Origin: Bacteroides sp.
GTDB lineage: Bacteria; Bacteroidota; Bacteroidia; Bacteroidales; Bacteroidaceae
Assembly (NCBI GenBank): GCA_017630035.1
Contig: JAGBWA010000062.1
Coordinates: forward strand, 39,355 to 103,354
Direction: 5' to 3'
DNA length: 64,000 nt
Shown here: in pieces, positions 11,282 to 22,060 of the stretch
Position numbering within the stretch: the first letter of the stretch is position 1
Layout of the letters: each line of letters starts with the position of its first letter
Made by a program: the position numbers and the translations under genes
The notes under the pieces: model-generated
Databases searched by the model: none
What the model was told of the DNA's origin: nothing
The model's input: the letters and a program-made list of their open reading frames with translations, nothing else

Positions 11282-11293
11282 TAGTGCTGAGTT

Positions 11294-14200
11294 ATGCTAA
11301 ATAAAATCATACATTTCTCACTACACAACCGCATCTTGGTGCTTGTAGCAGCCGTGCTGCTAATGCTGGGCGGCACATACACCGCCATGCACACCGATGT
11401 GGATGTATTCCCCGACCTTACCGCCCCCACGGTGGTAGTAATGACCGAGGCAAACGGTATGGCTGCCGAAGAGGTGGAGCAACTGGTTACCTTCCCCATC
11501 GAAACAGCCGTGAATGGCGCTACACACGTGCGCCGCGTACGCTCATCATCCACCAACGGATTCTCCATCTTGTGGGTGGAGTTTGAGTGGGACACAGACA
11601 TCTACCTGGCGCGCCAAATTGTGAGCGAGCGTATTGCCATCGTAAACGACGAACTGCCCGCCGGTGTGGGTAAACCTACCTTGGGGCCGCAATCGTCCAT
11701 CCTGGGCGAAATGATGATTATAGGCCTTACCGCCGACTCTACCTCGATGCTCGACCTACGCACCATAGCCGACTGGACCATCCGCACCCGCCTGCTCTCT
11801 ACGGGCGGTGTGGCGCAAGTATCCGTAATCGGGGGCGATATCAAAGAGTATCAAGTGCTGCTCAGCCCCGAACGCATGCGCCACTATGGCGTAAGCATGG
11901 ACCAAGTGCTTGCTGCTACACGCGGCATGAACCTGAATGCCAACGGCGGAGTGCTGTACGAATATGGCAATGAATACATCCTACGCGGACTGGTTTCTAC
12001 CCAACGCATCGAGGAGATAGCCGAAAGCGTGGTGCGTGGAGGCGAAGGGGGCATCGTAACCCTGGCCGACATTGCCGATGTAAAGATAGGCAGCAAAGTG
12101 CCTAAGCTGGGTACTGCATCGGAGAGAGGGAAACCCGCCGTATTGCTCACCGTAACCAAGCAACCCGGTACCAGCACCCTTGAACTGACCAGCAAAATAG
12201 AAGAGGCTTTGAAGGATGTGCAAAAGAATCTGCCGCACGATGTTCGCATCAGTACAGACATCTTCCGCCAAAGCCGATTCATCGAGAGCTCTATCAACAA
12301 CGTACAACGCTCGCTCATCGAAGGGGGCGTATTTGTAATTATCGTACTCTTCCTCTTCCTGGGCAATGTGCGCACCACCATCATATCGGTAGTAACCATC
12401 CCCTTGGCTTTGATTGCATCGCTCTTGGCGCTCCACTTCATGGGGTTAACCATCAACACGATGAGCTTGGGCGGTATGGCTATTGCCATAGGCTCGCTGG
12501 TGGACGATGCCATTGTGGACGTGGAAAACGTGTATAAACGCTTACGCGAAAATCGCCTACTACCCGCCGAACAACGCCTACGCATAAAGGATGTGGTGTT
12601 CAACGCCTCGCGCGAGGTGCGCATGCCTATCCTAAACTCAACGCTCATCATCGTGGTGAGCTTTGTGCCCCTCTTCTTCCTCAGTGGCATGGAGGGACGC
12701 ATGTTAGTGCCGCTGGGCATTGCCTTCATCGTGGCGTTGTGTGCCTCTACACTGGTGGCCCTCACCCTTACACCCGTTCTTTGCTCCTATCTTTTAAATA
12801 AGAAGAAAAACGATGCAGACAGCCCTTCGGAAGGCGAATCCATCGTGGCGCGTTGGATGAAGAAGCACTACGAAAAGGCGCTTGCCTTTGCCTTGAAGCA
12901 TGGACGCATGGTAATAGGTGGCACAGCCCTTCTCTTCATCGTGGCGTTGGGTTGTTTCTTCACCTTGGGCCGCTCATTCCTTCCACCTTTTAACGAAGGT
13001 TCGTTCACCATCAACATCTCTTCCCTACCGGGCATCTCGTTGGAAGAGAGCGATGCTATCGGCCGAAGAGCCGAAGAGCTATTGCTGTCCATACCCGAAG
13101 TGCAAACTGTAGCCCGCAAAACGGGTCGAGCAGAGTTGGCTGAGCACTCGTTTGGCGTAAATGCATCGGAGTTGGAAGTGCCCTACGAACTGAAGGATAG
13201 AAGCCGCAGAGAGGTAGCTGCCGAAGTGCGCGAAAAGCTTTCTACACTGGTAGGAGCAAACATCGAGATTGGTCAGCCCATCAGCCACCGCATCGATGCT
13301 ACGCTATCGGGCAGTAAGGCAAATATTGCCATCAAGCTGTTTGGCGATGATTTGAATCGTCTATTCTTGCTGGGCAACGAGATAAAGGCTGCCTCGATGG
13401 ATATTGAGGGCATTGCCGACTTGAACGTGGAGCAGCAAATAGAGCGTCCGCAGCTCACCATCTCACCTCGCCGTGAAATGTTGGCTCGCTATGGCATTAC
13501 CATCCCGCAATTTGCCGAGTTTGTGCGTGTAGCCTTGGCGGGCGAAGCTGTATCGCAAGTGTACGAAAAGGGTAAGACGTTCGACCTCACCGTGAAGGTG
13601 GACGATGATAATAAGCAGCAGGCAGAAAGCATTGCCGACTTGCTCATCGATACGGCCAATGGCGATCAAGTTCCCCTAAGCCATGTGGCCGAGATTCGTT
13701 CGACCATGGGGCCTAATAGCATCAGCCGCGAAAATGTGAAGCGCAAAGTAGTGGTGAGCGCCAACGTGGATGGACGCGATTTGCGCAATGTTGTTAACGA
13801 CCTTAAAGAGGTTATCGATACGCAAATCTCCCTGCCCGAAGGCTATCATGTGGAGTTTGGCGGACAATTCGAAAGCGAAGAGGCCGCAAGCCGCACGCTG
13901 TTGTTCACCTCGTTCATCTCTATCATCGTAATTTTCCTACTCATCTACCACGAGTTTCACGATTTGAAGGAGAGTGCCATTATCTTGCTCAACCTGCCTT
14001 TAGCATTGATTGGCGGTGTGTTCACCCTGCTATTCACCTCGGGCGAGATTAGTATTCCGGCCATCATCGGATTCATCTCACTCTTTGGTATTGCCACACG
14101 CAATGGTATGTTGCTTATCAATCGCTATAAAACATTGCAACACGAAGAGGGAAAGACGCTTATCGAAAGCGTAATGCATGGCTCGCTCGACCGTCTGAAT

Positions 14201-14395
14201 CCTATCTTAATGACCGCCCTAACATCGGCCTTAGCCCTTATACCATTGGCGGTGAACGGCGATTTGCCAGGCAATGAGATTCAAAGCCCTATGGCGCAAG
14301 TCATCTTGGGTGGTTTGCTCTCATCTACCCTACTCAATGGATTTATTGTACCTATCGTTTATCTTTGGATGGCTAAAAAAGAGACTAAAGCATGA
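11294..14395 (+). CDS. CzcA/CusA-family heavy-metal RND permease
   Basis: 1033 aa with DVFPDL, GSLVDDAIVDVEN, GIATRNG and RLNPILMTA motifs. Confidence 0.95.
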   Translation: MLNKIIHFSLHNRILVLVAAVLLMLGGTYTAMHTDVDVFPDLTAPTVVVMTEANGMAAEEVEQLVTFPIETAVNGATHVRRVRSSSTNGFSILWVEFEWDTDIYLARQIVSERIAIVNDELPAGVGKPTLGPQSSILGEMMIIGLTADSTSMLDLRTIADWTIRTRLLSTGGVAQVSVIGGDIKEYQVLLSPERMRHYGVSMDQVLAATRGMNLNANGGVLYEYGNEYILRGLVSTQRIEEIAESVVRGGEGGIVTLADIADVKIGSKVPKLGTASERGKPAVLLTVTKQPGTSTLELTSKIEEALKDVQKNLPHDVRISTDIFRQSRFIESSINNVQRSLIEGGVFVIIVLFLFLGNVRTTIISVVTIPLALIASLLALHFMGLTINTMSLGGMAIAIGSLVDDAIVDVENVYKRLRENRLLPAEQRLRIKDVVFNASREVRMPILNSTLIIVVSFVPLFFLSGMEGRMLVPLGIAFIVALCASTLVALTLTPVLCSYLLNKKKNDADSPSEGESIVARWMKKHYEKALAFALKHGRMVIGGTALLFIVALGCFFTLGRSFLPPFNEGSFTINISSLPGISLEESDAIGRRAEELLLSIPEVQTVARKTGRAELAEHSFGVNASELEVPYELKDRSRREVAAEVREKLSTLVGANIEIGQPISHRIDATLSGSKANIAIKLFGDDLNRLFLLGNEIKAASMDIEGIADLNVEQQIERPQLTISPRREMLARYGITIPQFAEFVRVALAGEAVSQVYEKGKTFDLTVKVDDDNKQQAESIADLLIDTANGDQVPLSHVAEIRSTMGPNSISRENVKRKVVVSANVDGRDLRNVVNDLKEVIDTQISLPEGYHVEFGGQFESEEAASRTLLFTSFISIIVIFLLIYHEFHDLKESAIILLNLPLALIGGVFTLLFTSGEISIPAIIGFISLFGIATRNGMLLINRYKTLQHEEGKTLIESVMHGSLDRLNPILMTALTSALALIPLAVNGDLPGNEIQSPMAQVILGGLLSSTLLNGFIVPIVYLWMAKKETKA

Positions 14396-15624
14396 AGCGT
14401 ATGAAAAGTTTTTTACTACTAATAGCGTTGTTCGCCGCCATAAACACCCACGCACAAGAGGGTGCTATCGAGGCTATTTTAAACAAAATAGAGGCAAACA
14501 ACCCACAACTGAAAGCCAATAGCGAGGCTATAAACGCGCAAAAATTGCAAAACAAAGCCGATAACAACCTGCCCGACCCTACACTGACCTATGCCCATCT
14601 GTGGGATTCGGACAATAGCGAACGAACAGTAGGCGAATTGGTTGTGGCGCAAAGTTTCGACTTCCCCACACTTTACATCAGCCGTGGAAAGATGAATCGT
14701 TTGCGTACAGGTGCACTCGATGCGCAAGCACAAGCCTTCCGCCAAGAGGTGCTACTACAAGCGCAAGAACTTTGCTTGGACATCATCATGTTGCATCAAC
14801 AACAAGCGCTGCTCAACGTACGCTTGAAGAATGCCGAAGAGCTGGCCGCCATGTACACCAAACGCTTGGAAGCCGGCGATGCAAATGTATTGGAAACAAA
14901 CAAGATAAACCTTGAATTGCTGAACGTACGCACTGAAGCTCGCTTGAACGATGCAACCTTGCAAGCCAAACTAAAAGAGCTATCCGCCCTGAATGGCGAA
15001 GAGCCGCTTGGCGCTGGTCGTCCACTGGCCGATGGTGCGCCTTATGGTGCTGCTGCATTAGGATTAACCTCCTACCCCAACACACCGATGCCGCTCGACT
15101 TCGAGCCGCTTTGCAACGAATTGCTAAGCCTATGCCCCACCCTCCAATCGCTCAGCAGCGAAGGTCAGGCTATGCGCAAGCAACTCTCCATCAACAAGCA
15201 AGGATGGATACCTAAATTGCAATTAGGCTATCGTAGAAACACCGAATCGGGACATCCATTGAACGGCGTAGTAGTAGGTTTCTCTTTCCCGCTTTTCGAA
15301 AATCGTAGCAAGGTAAAGATAGCCAAGTCCGAGGTAAGCATGATGGAGTATCAACAAGATAATGCCCGCATGCAAGCCACTACCAAACTTCGAAATCTTT
15401 ACGAAGAGGCCTACCAACTCAATACCTCAATCAAGGAATACCAACAAGTATTTGCCCAACAACAAGATTTAGAATTGCTTAAAAAGGCGCTTATCGGAGG
15501 CGAAATCAGTATGATAGAGTACTTCGTGGAAGTGGGCATCGTCTTCCAAAGCAAAGCCAACCTTATCAATTTGGAAAACCAATACCAAAAAACAATGGCT
15601 CGCTTGTATCAAAACAAGCTATAA
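14392..15624 (+). CDS. TolC/CzcC-family outer membrane efflux protein
   Basis: Signal peptide and OEP repeat pattern (NPQLKA..QSFDFP..GFSFPLF). Third gene of the RND operon. Confidence 0.9.
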   Translation: MKRMKSFLLLIALFAAINTHAQEGAIEAILNKIEANNPQLKANSEAINAQKLQNKADNNLPDPTLTYAHLWDSDNSERTVGELVVAQSFDFPTLYISRGKMNRLRTGALDAQAQAFRQEVLLQAQELCLDIIMLHQQQALLNVRLKNAEELAAMYTKRLEAGDANVLETNKINLELLNVRTEARLNDATLQAKLKELSALNGEEPLGAGRPLADGAPYGAAALGLTSYPNTPMPLDFEPLCNELLSLCPTLQSLSSEGQAMRKQLSINKQGWIPKLQLGYRRNTESGHPLNGVVVGFSFPLFENRSKVKIAKSEVSMMEYQQDNARMQATTKLRNLYEEAYQLNTSIKEYQQVFAQQQDLELLKKALIGGEISMIEYFVEVGIVFQSKANLINLENQYQKTMARLYQNKL

Positions 15625-15648
15625 ATAGGCTAATTTATAGCTCTATTT

Positions 15649-17091
15649 TTACATTAATAGCTTTATCTCTTCCGGTAAATGCCCTGTGCGGATGCGCCAC
15701 TCTTGCGGATAGAGGTTGTTTGCTCGATTGCCTATATTCTTCACAAAGCCGATAGGAGCATCTTTGTAGGTAAGTAGCAGATAACCGCGAGGTGCATCGG
15801 GCGGCAAAACAATGGCCTCTTTGCGTAAGTAGGCTATGGCTTGTTCGTAGGGCACTTCCACGCGAGGGAAAGCATCGGATGAAAGCAAGTTGCTCACGGC
15901 CAAAGCATGCTGAGGCAAGAGGTCTTTTCCTTTTGCCTCGGCCAATGGGCAACCTGCATAAAGAATACGTAGGCGAGCTTCGCGCAAAGCAGTAAGTTCG
16001 TCTGTCCATTGCTTAGAGAAAGCGGTAAGCACGCCTTGCATGGGCAAGAGTTCATATCCTTCGTTCTTTATCCATCGACTCACTTCAGACAATTGTTCTT
16101 TGCTAAAGGTGGGCTGCATAGGTTTACCTTTCGCTTTCCGTTCCCTTACTGGGAAACGCTCGTTTCCTAACGAGGAAACGCGAGTTTCCTTACTAGGGAA
16201 CGCATCTCTCTTCCGTAGTACGGCCAAGAAGAGGCCTTCGCCTTGCGCTTTGTGTGGAAGGAAGCGATAGACGGGGAAGGCGGCATCGGGCAGTAGATTG
16301 CTTGTAATCCCCCACCCGGCATCGATGTTTAGCGGAAGGATGTCTGCGCCAAGTTCATCGGCTATCCAACGCACATTTTCTTCGTTTTCTTGTGTGTTGT
16401 AGGTGCATGTACTATAAATGAGCAAACCGCCCTCCTTCAACGATGGCCAAATATCTGCGAGGATGCGGCGTTGGCGTTGCCAACATATCTCGACATTGTC
16501 CGTGCTCCATTCGCTCACGGCCACTTCATCTTTACGAAACATTCCCTCGCCCGAACAAGGTACATCGGTAAGGATAACATCGAACATATCGGCAAGCTGA
16601 GTGAAATCGGCAGGGTCGTTATTCGTAACAATCACATCGGGATGCCCCCACTTAGTTAAGTTTTCGGCCAAGACTTGTGCGCGTTGACGCATCACTTCGT
16701 TGGCCACAAGCAAAGAGCCTTGCGGCAACACACTACGAGCAAGGGTGGATTTACCACCGGGTGCCGCACAGAGGTCGAGCATCAGCACCGGCGAATGGAC
16801 GTATTGCTTCAGTGCTTGCTCTACAAACATCGAGGAGGCCTCTTGCACATAGTAAGCACCGGCATGAAACAGGGGGTCGAAGGTAAAGGTGGGGCGATGG
16901 TCAAGATAGCATCCCGTAGCACACCAAGGCACCTTATTATATATAGGGGCAGACGAGAGGTTTGGCACTTTATCTTCGTTCAAACGAATGCTGATGGGTT
17001 GCTCGGCAAGCAAGGCATTCAGTAGTTGTTCGCCCTCTTCGGCACCCAGCAAGCGGTGGATATTCTCTATAAATGGTTGGGGTAATTGCAT
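15649..17091 (-). CDS. rsmF: RsmF/RsmB-NOP family rRNA m5C methyltransferase
   Basis: YYVQEASSM, LDLCAAPGGKS, DVPCSGEG and YSTCT motifs, plus a C-terminal PUA-like region. Start moved to the ATG at 17091. Confidence 0.88.
   Translation of the reverse strand: MQLPQPFIENIHRLLGAEEGEQLLNALLAEQPISIRLNEDKVPNLSSAPIYNKVPWCATGCYLDHRPTFTFDPLFHAGAYYVQEASSMFVEQALKQYVHSPVLMLDLCAAPGGKSTLARSVLPQGSLLVANEVMRQRAQVLAENLTKWGHPDVIVTNNDPADFTQLADMFDVILTDVPCSGEGMFRKDEVAVSEWSTDNVEICWQRQRRILADIWPSLKEGGLLIYSTCTYNTQENEENVRWIADELGADILPLNIDAGWGITSNLLPDAAFPVYRFLPHKAQGEGLFLAVLRKRDAFPSKETRVSSLGNERFPVRERKAKGKPMQPTFSKEQLSEVSRWIKNEGYELLPMQGVLTAFSKQWTDELTALREARLRILYAGCPLAEAKGKDLLPQHALAVSNLLSSDAFPRVEVPYEQAIAYLRKEAIVLPPDAPRGYLLLTYKDAPIGFVKNIGNRANNLYPQEWRIRTGHLPEEIKLLM
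16139..16204. repeat. 3 x 22-bp palindromic repeat inside rsmF
   Basis: cgttcccttactgggaaacgct / cgtttcctaacgaggaaacgcg / agtttccttactagggaacgca. Confidence 0.8.
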
Positions 17092-17137
17092 AATCTTGAC
17101 TATTTTCCTTGCAAAGATGAAAAAAATATCTTCTCTT

Positions 17138-17167
17138 TGCAACTTTCTTCCATGTTACTTACGTCTA
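17138..17167 (+). promoter_or_regulatory. Putative ECF-sigma promoter
   Basis: TGCAAC-N18-CGTCTA upstream of an operon that encodes an ECF sigma. Fits the general AAC...CGT ECF pattern. Confidence 0.45.
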
Positions 17168-17203
17168 ACGCACAAAGAACAATAAAAATAAACTGATATA
17201 AAC

Positions 17204-17830
17204 ATGAAACAAGTAATTATTACATTGATTGCCGTATTGACCTTAACTACTGCTTACGGCAAAAACAGAGTGGAAATTGAAAGAGATAGTATGGGTAATA
17301 TCCAACGCATCATCGAGCTGAACGACACGGCTATTGGCGGAAAAGATGTATCTGATACGTTGAGCGTTACAACCTATCACGGCGAATCGGGCGTTTCGTT
17401 CGAGGATGAAAAGCATCAAATTGACATCGCCGTGGAAGGGTTGCTAAGCAAGCAAATGAATGGCTTAATGGATGGCTTTAAAGGCATTGTATGGATAAGC
17501 ATCATCACCATCATCAGCATTTTTGCACTTCCCGCCATTATCATCTTTTTAGTACTAAACTATCGTAGCAAAAAGCGTAAAGAGCGCTATCAAGTAATAG
17601 AGAAAGCTATCGAGTCGGGACAACCTCTGCCCGAAGAGTTCGTTGAGAAAACGAAGGAAGAAGACGACGCCATCCGCGTGAAAGGTATCAAGAACATCTT
17701 CTTAGGATTGGGATTGGCCATCTTCTTCTATACCATGAGCGGTGCTATATTTCTAGCCAGCATTGGATTGCTGATTATGTTTAACGGCATCGGACAACTC
17801 GTTATCTTCTATACACGCCCTCGTAGATGA
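17204..17830 (+). CDS. Membrane protein (DUF6249-like)
   Basis: Signal peptide, TM helix, R..R...IEKAIE.G..LP motif, then two TM helices. Confidence 0.75.
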   Translation: MKQVIITLIAVLTLTTAYGKNRVEIERDSMGNIQRIIELNDTAIGGKDVSDTLSVTTYHGESGVSFEDEKHQIDIAVEGLLSKQMNGLMDGFKGIVWISIITIISIFALPAIIIFLVLNYRSKKRKERYQVIEKAIESGQPLPEEFVEKTKEEDDAIRVKGIKNIFLGLGLAIFFYTMSGAIFLASIGLLIMFNGIGQLVIFYTRPRR

Positions 17831-18375
17831 GTCAACTCAACGACATATCGTTGATAGCGCAAGTTGTGATGTTCGGCAACAATCGCGCCTTCGACCAGTT
17901 GGTGAAGAAGTATCAGTCGCCCATCCGGCGCTTCTTTCTTCACCAAACCTGTGGCGATGGCCCGTTGAGCGACGACCTAGCACAAGACACCTTTATCAAG
18001 GCATACACCAGTCTATCGTCATTCAAAAACCTATCGAATTTCTCAACCTGGCTCTTCCGCATTGCATATAACGTTTTTTATGACTACATTCGCACCCAGA
18101 AAGAGACGGAAGAGATAGATTCCGCTCAAGTGGATGCCAACTATCAAGTAGAGCAAAACGACGTGGGGAAGGAAATGGACATCTACCAAGCCTTAGGCAA
18201 ACTGAAGGAGGTAGAGCGAACGTGCATCACCCTATTCTATATGGAAGACTTGAGCATGGAGAAAATTGCCGGGATAACGGGATTGCCGCCAAACACCATC
18301 AAAAGTCACTTAAAAAGAGGAAAAGAGAAATTGGCAACTTACTTAAAAGGAAATGGATATGATGGAAAACGATGA
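17827..18375 (+). CDS. ECF sigma-70 factor
   Basis: DDLAQDTFIKAY and FSTWLFRIAYN (region 2); IAGITG...TIKSHLKRG (region 4). Confidence 0.95.
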   Translation: MSQLNDISLIAQVVMFGNNRAFDQLVKKYQSPIRRFFLHQTCGDGPLSDDLAQDTFIKAYTSLSSFKNLSNFSTWLFRIAYNVFYDYIRTQKETEEIDSAQVDANYQVEQNDVGKEMDIYQALGKLKEVERTCITLFYMEDLSMEKIAGITGLPPNTIKSHLKRGKEKLATYLKGNGYDGKR

Positions 18376-18688
18376 TAGATTAATAAAACAATTCTTTACA
18401 GAGAATAAGCACGAAATTGCAGACAATGGTTTCAGCAAACGCGTCATGCAAACTCTGCCCGAGCGCCGCAACCATTCGGTGGAAGTGCTCAATGCTATAA
18501 CCATAGCCGCATGCATCATACTCTTTACCCTGGCCGATGGTTGGCAAATACTATGGGGCAACTTGCAAGGATTCTTCATTGCCATCATCAAAACAGGTGC
18601 GGTAGAGGTAGAACCTATGGCGCTGATTGGCACCGGTGTGGTATTGGTGTGCCTACTATACAATAAAATTATGTCGATGGAGTATTAA
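18353..18688 (+). CDS. Putative anti-sigma membrane protein (DUF5056-like)
   Basis: FF..NK.EIADNGFS.RVM..LP followed by two TM helices. Overlaps the sigma gene stop. Confidence 0.75.
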   Translation: MDMMENDDRLIKQFFTENKHEIADNGFSKRVMQTLPERRNHSVEVLNAITIAACIILFTLADGWQILWGNLQGFFIAIIKTGAVEVEPMALIGTGVVLVCLLYNKIMSMEY

Positions 18689-18854
18689 TTTTCCATTGAC
18701 ATCGCTATGCTAAAACAAACGAATCATTGTCCTATTAAGCGCAAAACAAGTTCTTATACAGAAGACAAGAAACTTTCGAAAGAAAAAAACGAATAAATTG
18801 AATTTTCTTCGCTTAGCTTTTTCTATCTTTGCACGTCACAAAAACGAAAGCAAC

Positions 18855-20108
18855 GTGTATAAGGTATATAAAATAATTGTTTCAACGCTCCTCATGTTCC
18901 TCTTGGCGTGCATTCCTACCCAAGAGATACTATCACAAAGCAATAGCGATTCCACTCTTTTGGCCTATTTCCAAAAGGAAGAATTGCCTGTTACACAAGC
19001 CAATCAAGTTACACTATTAACCCGAGGAGAATATAAATTCGAAGATTTGTTCGAAGCCATCAAACAAGCACATCATCACATCCACTTAGAATATTTCAAC
19101 TTCCGCAACGATTCCATTGCCAATGCACTATTCGACCTCTTAGCAGAAAAAGCCGCCGAAGGTGTAGAGGTAAGAGCCATGTTCGATGCGTTTGGCAATA
19201 GCTCAAACAATCGTCCTCTTAAGAAAAAGCATCTAAAAGAAATTCATAAACGAGGCATAGAGATTGTTAAATTCGACCCTATACGTTTTCCATGGATTAA
19301 CCACGCGTGGAGTCGCGACCATCGGAAGATTGTAGTAATTGATGGCATTGTAGGCTATACAGGCGGAATGAATATTGCCGACTACTACATTCATGGCCTG
19401 CCCAAAGTTGGAGAATGGCGCGATATACACATTCGCATAGAAGGTAATGCTGTACGATACTTGCAAAGCATCTTCTTGGATATGTGGAACAAAGAAACCG
19501 GGCAACATATTGGAGGGCCAAAATACTTTCCAAACTATCATGAGCCATTAGATGCCATTGCCGAACCGATAGTTATCGTCGACAGAAAACCCAACGAAAC
19601 GCCTTCGAGCATACGCGATGCTTACTCTAAAGCCATAGAAAGCGCTGAAAAGAAAGTGCAAATCATTAACCCCTACTTTGTCCCTATAAAAAGCATAAGA
19701 AAATCCATCGATAGAGCCTTGGCTAAAGGAACGGAAGTGGAGATAATGATTTCTGCAGAATCGGATATAGCCTTCACTCCCGAGGCTTCATCCTACGTCG
19801 CACATAAATTAATGAAGAAAGGGGCAAAAGTATATCTATATAATGGAGGCTTTCATCACTCAAAAGTAATGATGATAGATAGTACGCATTGCACCGTTGG
19901 TACTGCTAATCTTAATAGTCGTAGTCTAAAATACGATTACGAAACAAATGCGTTCATCTTCCATCCACACACCACTGGCCAGCTCATCGATTTATTCGAA
20001 AAAGATAAGCTAAATTGCACTCCTATGACGCCCGAGTTATGGAAAAAACGCTCTACATGGAAGAAGTTTGTTGGATGGGTGGGCAACCTACTCACTCCAT
20101 TCTTGTAA
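18855..20108 (+). CDS. cls: Cardiolipin synthase (phospholipase D family)
   Basis: Two HKD motifs (HRKIVVID, HSKVMMID). The start is uncertain; GTG 18855 was chosen because it follows the TATCTTTG box. Confidence 0.9.
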   Translation: MYKVYKIIVSTLLMFLLACIPTQEILSQSNSDSTLLAYFQKEELPVTQANQVTLLTRGEYKFEDLFEAIKQAHHHIHLEYFNFRNDSIANALFDLLAEKAAEGVEVRAMFDAFGNSSNNRPLKKKHLKEIHKRGIEIVKFDPIRFPWINHAWSRDHRKIVVIDGIVGYTGGMNIADYYIHGLPKVGEWRDIHIRIEGNAVRYLQSIFLDMWNKETGQHIGGPKYFPNYHEPLDAIAEPIVIVDRKPNETPSSIRDAYSKAIESAEKKVQIINPYFVPIKSIRKSIDRALAKGTEVEIMISAESDIAFTPEASSYVAHKLMKKGAKVYLYNGGFHHSKVMMIDSTHCTVGTANLNSRSLKYDYETNAFIFHPHTTGQLIDLFEKDKLNCTPMTPELWKKRSTWKKFVGWVGNLLTPFL

Positions 20109-20176
20109 AATTCAGCTAACAAAATGCTATTATTTACAGACTTTCCATTATCTTTGCTGCATAATAGAAAGTTATC

Positions 20177-20971
20177 ATGAAGCAATATCTCGACCTACTA
20201 AATAGAGTGCTTACCGAAGGTACTGAGAAAAGCGATCGTACCGGTACAGGCACTATCAGCGTTTTTGGACACCAAATGCGCTTTAATCTGGAAGAAGGAT
20301 TTCCTTGTTTAACAACAAAGAAACTACATTTAAAATCAATCATTCACGAACTGCTTTGGTTCTTGAATGGCGATACAAATGTTCACTATTTACAAGAAAA
20401 TGGTGTACGTATTTGGAACGAGTGGGCCGACGAAAATGGCGAATTAGGACATATCTATGGCTATCAATGGCGCTCATGGCCCGACTACAAAGGAGGCAGC
20501 ATCGACCAAATAAGCCAAGTGGTAGAAACATTGAAGAACAATCCCGATTCAAGACGTATCATTGTAAGCGCATGGAACGTAGCTGATATTGAAAACATGA
20601 ATCTCCCACCTTGCCATGCTTTCTTCCAATTCTATGTAGCCGATGGCAGATTAAGCCTACAACTCTACCAACGCAGTGCCGACATCTTCCTTGGTGTGCC
20701 ATTCAACATTGCTTCATATGCACTCCTTCTGCAAATGATGGCGCAAGTAACCGGACTAAAGCCTGGCGATTTCGTACATACATTGGGCGATGCTCACATC
20801 TACCTAAACCATTTGGAGCAAGTAAAATTGCAACTTTCACGCGAACCGCGTGCACTTCCCCAAATGAAAATCAATCCAGATATCAAGAGCATATTCGACT
20901 TTAAGTTCGAAGATTTCGAATTAGTCAATTACGATCCACATCCACACATCAAAGGAATTGTTTCTGTATGA
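20177..20971 (+). CDS. thyA: Thymidylate synthase
   Basis: DRTGTGT, LPPCH and [18 protein letters not shown] motifs. Confidence 0.99.
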   Translation: MKQYLDLLNRVLTEGTEKSDRTGTGTISVFGHQMRFNLEEGFPCLTTKKLHLKSIIHELLWFLNGDTNVHYLQENGVRIWNEWADENGELGHIYGYQWRSWPDYKGGSIDQISQVVETLKNNPDSRRIIVSAWNVADIENMNLPPCHAFFQFYVADGRLSLQLYQRSADIFLGVPFNIASYALLLQMMAQVTGLKPGDFVHTLGDAHIYLNHLEQVKLQLSREPRALPQMKINPDIKSIFDFKFEDFELVNYDPHPHIKGIVSV

Positions 20972-21456
20972 TACACATCATCGTAGCAACTGATAGAAAT
21001 ATGGCAATAGGTTACCAAAACAAACTATTGTTTTGGCTTCCTAATGACCTAAAACGCTTCAAGGAATTAACCACAGGTAATACCATCATCATGGGGAGAA
21101 ATACCTTCTTATCATTACCTAAAGGCGCATTACCTAATCGCAGAAATATCGTATTATCCACTCGCAAGGATGCCTCTTTTCCTGGCGCAGAAACCTATGC
21201 TTCATTAGAAGAAGCTATAAAGGGGTGCAAAGAAGACGAAAAGATTTACATTATCGGTGGAGCAAGTGTATATAAACAAGCCCTACCCTTAGCCGATGTA
21301 CTTTGCATAACAGAAATCAATGCAGAAGCACCAGCAGCGGATACCTATTTCCCCACCATTGATCACACAATATGGAAAGAAAATAGCAGAGAATCTCATC
21401 CTACCGACGAAAAGCATGCCCATCCTTATGCATTTGTTGAGTATATCCGTAGATGA
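20968..21456 (+). CDS. folA: Dihydrofolate reductase
   Basis: AIG...[23 protein letters not shown] and IIGGA motifs. Confidence 0.97.
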   Translation: MIHIIVATDRNMAIGYQNKLLFWLPNDLKRFKELTTGNTIIMGRNTFLSLPKGALPNRRNIVLSTRKDASFPGAETYASLEEAIKGCKEDEKIYIIGGASVYKQALPLADVLCITEINAEAPAADTYFPTIDHTIWKENSRESHPTDEKHAHPYAFVEYIRR

Positions 21457-21466
21457 TTAACATAAC

Positions 21467-22003
21467 ATGATCTCCATCATACCAATAAAAGATAGCGAGC
21501 ATCCGCTTTACACATATAGCGAAAAGATATTAGTCGAATCATTCCCCAAAAACGAATACAGAGACTTACCTCAACAAAAAGAGAATGTCAACTCGAATAC
21601 ACTCTTTAGCTGCAATATCATCATTGCGAATGAAAATCCTATTGGCATCATCAATTATTGGACATTTAACGACTTCTGCTACATTGAGCATTTTGCTATA
21701 GATTCAGTAAAACGAAATCAAGGATATGGCAAAAAAGCCTTAGATAGATTTAAAGAGAAAATAGGGAAACCATTTGTCCTCGAAGTAGAAACGCCCAATA
21801 ATGAAATAGCAATTAGGCGTGTTCACTTTTACGAAAGGGCAGGTTTAAAGTTATACAATAAGCCATACCTACAACCACCATTTCGGAAAGGAGATGATTT
21901 TATTCCTATGCGCATAATGGCATATGGTAAAGAACTTACAGATGAAGATTTTTCATTAATGAAGCAAATAATCTACAAAGAAGTTTATGATTATATAGAA
22001 TAA
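21467..22003 (+). CDS. GNAT family N-acetyltransferase
   Basis: YIEHFAI...RNQGYG, LEVE and RR..FYER.G motifs. Confidence 0.88.
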   Translation: MISIIPIKDSEHPLYTYSEKILVESFPKNEYRDLPQQKENVNSNTLFSCNIIIANENPIGIINYWTFNDFCYIEHFAIDSVKRNQGYGKKALDRFKEKIGKPFVLEVETPNNEIAIRRVHFYERAGLKLYNKPYLQPPFRKGDDFIPMRIMAYGKELTDEDFSLMKQIIYKEVYDYIE

Positions 22004-22044
22004 AACAAAAGCGGATACCGATTAGCATCCGCTTTTTGTTTTTA
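22002..22044. terminator. Bidirectional intrinsic terminator
   Basis: aaaacaaaagcggat...atccgctttttgttttt between convergent genes. Confidence 0.85.
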
Positions 22045-22060
22045 TAGTTGAATTAACTAA

